Of a stretch of 64,000 nucleotides of DNA, positions 62,717 to 64,000 are shown piece by piece; positions within the stretch are counted from its first letter, which is position 1; every line of letters starts with the position of its first letter. The position numbers and the translations under genes were made by a program. The stretch is from contig NW_024704742.1 in assembly GCF_018977255.1 (NCBI RefSeq), positions 84,322,001 through 84,386,000 of the forward strand. Direction: 5' to 3'. The notes beneath the pieces were generated by a model that had not been told where the DNA came from, made no database searches, and saw nothing but the letters and a program-made list of their open reading frames with translations. The DNA is from Callorhinchus milii (Eukaryota).

Positions 62717-64000
62717 CAACTACAACAACAACAACAAGATTCCGTTTATAAAGCGCCTTTCACGTCAGGAGGACGTCCCAAGGCGCTGCACAGTTGGGTC
62801 ATGACCCGAGCAGGGGGGAAATGGTCAGGGTGAGGGGAGGGAAGGGAGGGAGCGAGGAGGGGGAAATGGTCAGGGTGAGGGGAGGGAAGGGAGGGAGCCA
62901 GGAAGGGGAGAAATGGTCAGCGTGAGGGGAGGGAAGGGAGGGAGCGAGGAGGGGGAAGAGAGTCGAGGGGGGAGCTGAAGGCTCGGTCAAAGAGAAAGGT
63001 TTTGAGACCGGCCTTGAAGGAGGAAAGGGAGGAAGCGGCGAAGGCACTGGGGGATGGAGTTCCAGAGCCTGGGGCTGAGAGGCTGAAGGCCCGACCACCG
63101 ATGGTAGGGCGGTTGGGGCGGGGGACGTGGAGCAGACCGGAGCCAGAGGAACGGAGGGTACGGGCAGGTAGGTAGGGGGATAGTAGGTTGGAGAGGTAGG
63201 AGGGAGCAAGGCCGTGAATGGCCTTGTAGGTGAGGATGAGGATCTTGAAATCAATCCTCTGGGGGATGGGGAGCCAGTGGAGGCGAGCGAGGGTGGGAGT
63301 GATGTGGTCCCGAAGCCTGGTGCGGGACAGTACACGAGCTGCAGAGTTCTGAATGACCTGCAGCTTGTGGAGGGAGGTGGCGGGAAGGCCGGCGAGGAGA
63401 GAGTTCCCATAGTCCAGCCTTGAGGTGACAAAGGCGTGGACCAGGGTTTCAGCAGCGTGAGGGGTGAGGTAGTGCCGTAGTCTGGCGATGTTCCGGAGGT
63501 GATGGAAGGCGGTGCCAGTTGTGGTGCGGATGTGAGGGAGAAAGGACAGCTCAGGGTCGAACAAAACGCCGAGGTTCCTGACTGGCTTTGAGAGGTGGAG
63601 AGTGCAGCCTTGGATGCTGATGGTGTCAGCGCCTGAGGTGCGGAGGCGCTGACGTGAGCCAATCAGGAGGGCCTCGGTTTTTCGCACGTTGAGCTGAAGA
63701 AAGTTGTCTCTCGTCCAGGACTCGATGTCGGACAGGCAGCTGTCAGGACATCGGTGGTCGTGGAGTTGAGAGTAGAGGAGGAAAGGTAGAGTTGGGTGTC
63801 ATCCGCATACATGTGGAAGTTAACCCATGTCTGCGGATGATGTCACCACAGGGGGAGCATATAGAGGGTGAAGAGGAGGGGACCGAGGACAGAGCCCTGA
63901 GGGACACCACATGAGACAGTGCGGGGGGTGGAGGAGAAGCCATTTGTCGAGACAAAGTGAAGACGGTGAGAAAGGTACGACCTAAACCACTCAAGGACAG
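62717..64000 (-). mobile_element. Young L2 LINE, RT C-terminus to tail, running off the window edge
   Basis: ~250-codon open stretch ([34 protein letters not shown]) plus [10 protein letters not shown] and [10 protein letters not shown] upstream with frameshifts. CpG-rich, (CAA)n tail. Confidence 0.95.

Noticed and set aside
62917..63687. 256-aa ORF as a host gene
   Set aside because: It is the L2 ORF2 C-terminus, and the upstream RT region has frameshifts.
55173..64000. RIC1 exon 4 (expected GSP...KEEQCAPAL...)
   Set aside because: Not found by eye; it probably lies beyond the window.

Overview
This is vertebrate genomic DNA. The repeat content (abundant L2 and CR1 LINE fragments, tRNA-headed SINEs with L2-like tails, Deu-domain SINEs) suggests a cartilaginous fish, possibly a chimaera; that is an inference. 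The only protein-coding gene I can support is the 5' part of RIC1 (KIAA1432, partner of RGP1 in the RAB6 GEF) on the + strand. It has a CpG-island promoter near 14.7-15.2 kb and three coding exons (15043-15183, 37311-37418, 55093-55172) with canonical GT-AG sites; the gene continues past the window. A 2.85-kb minisatellite starts 8 nt after the exon 1 donor and explains the three long low-complexity ORFs. Almost all other ORF-track entries are transposon debris or chance. I found no convincing new multi-gene system. The best leads are an unclassified ~600-bp non-coding repeat family (one fold-back copy abuts the promoter), a strong-context uORF, the stop-free intronic minisatellite, a candidate 42-nt in-frame cassette exon, two pre-miRNA-sized hairpins, and a datable inverted duplication. 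Repeat boundaries are approximate and were read by eye.
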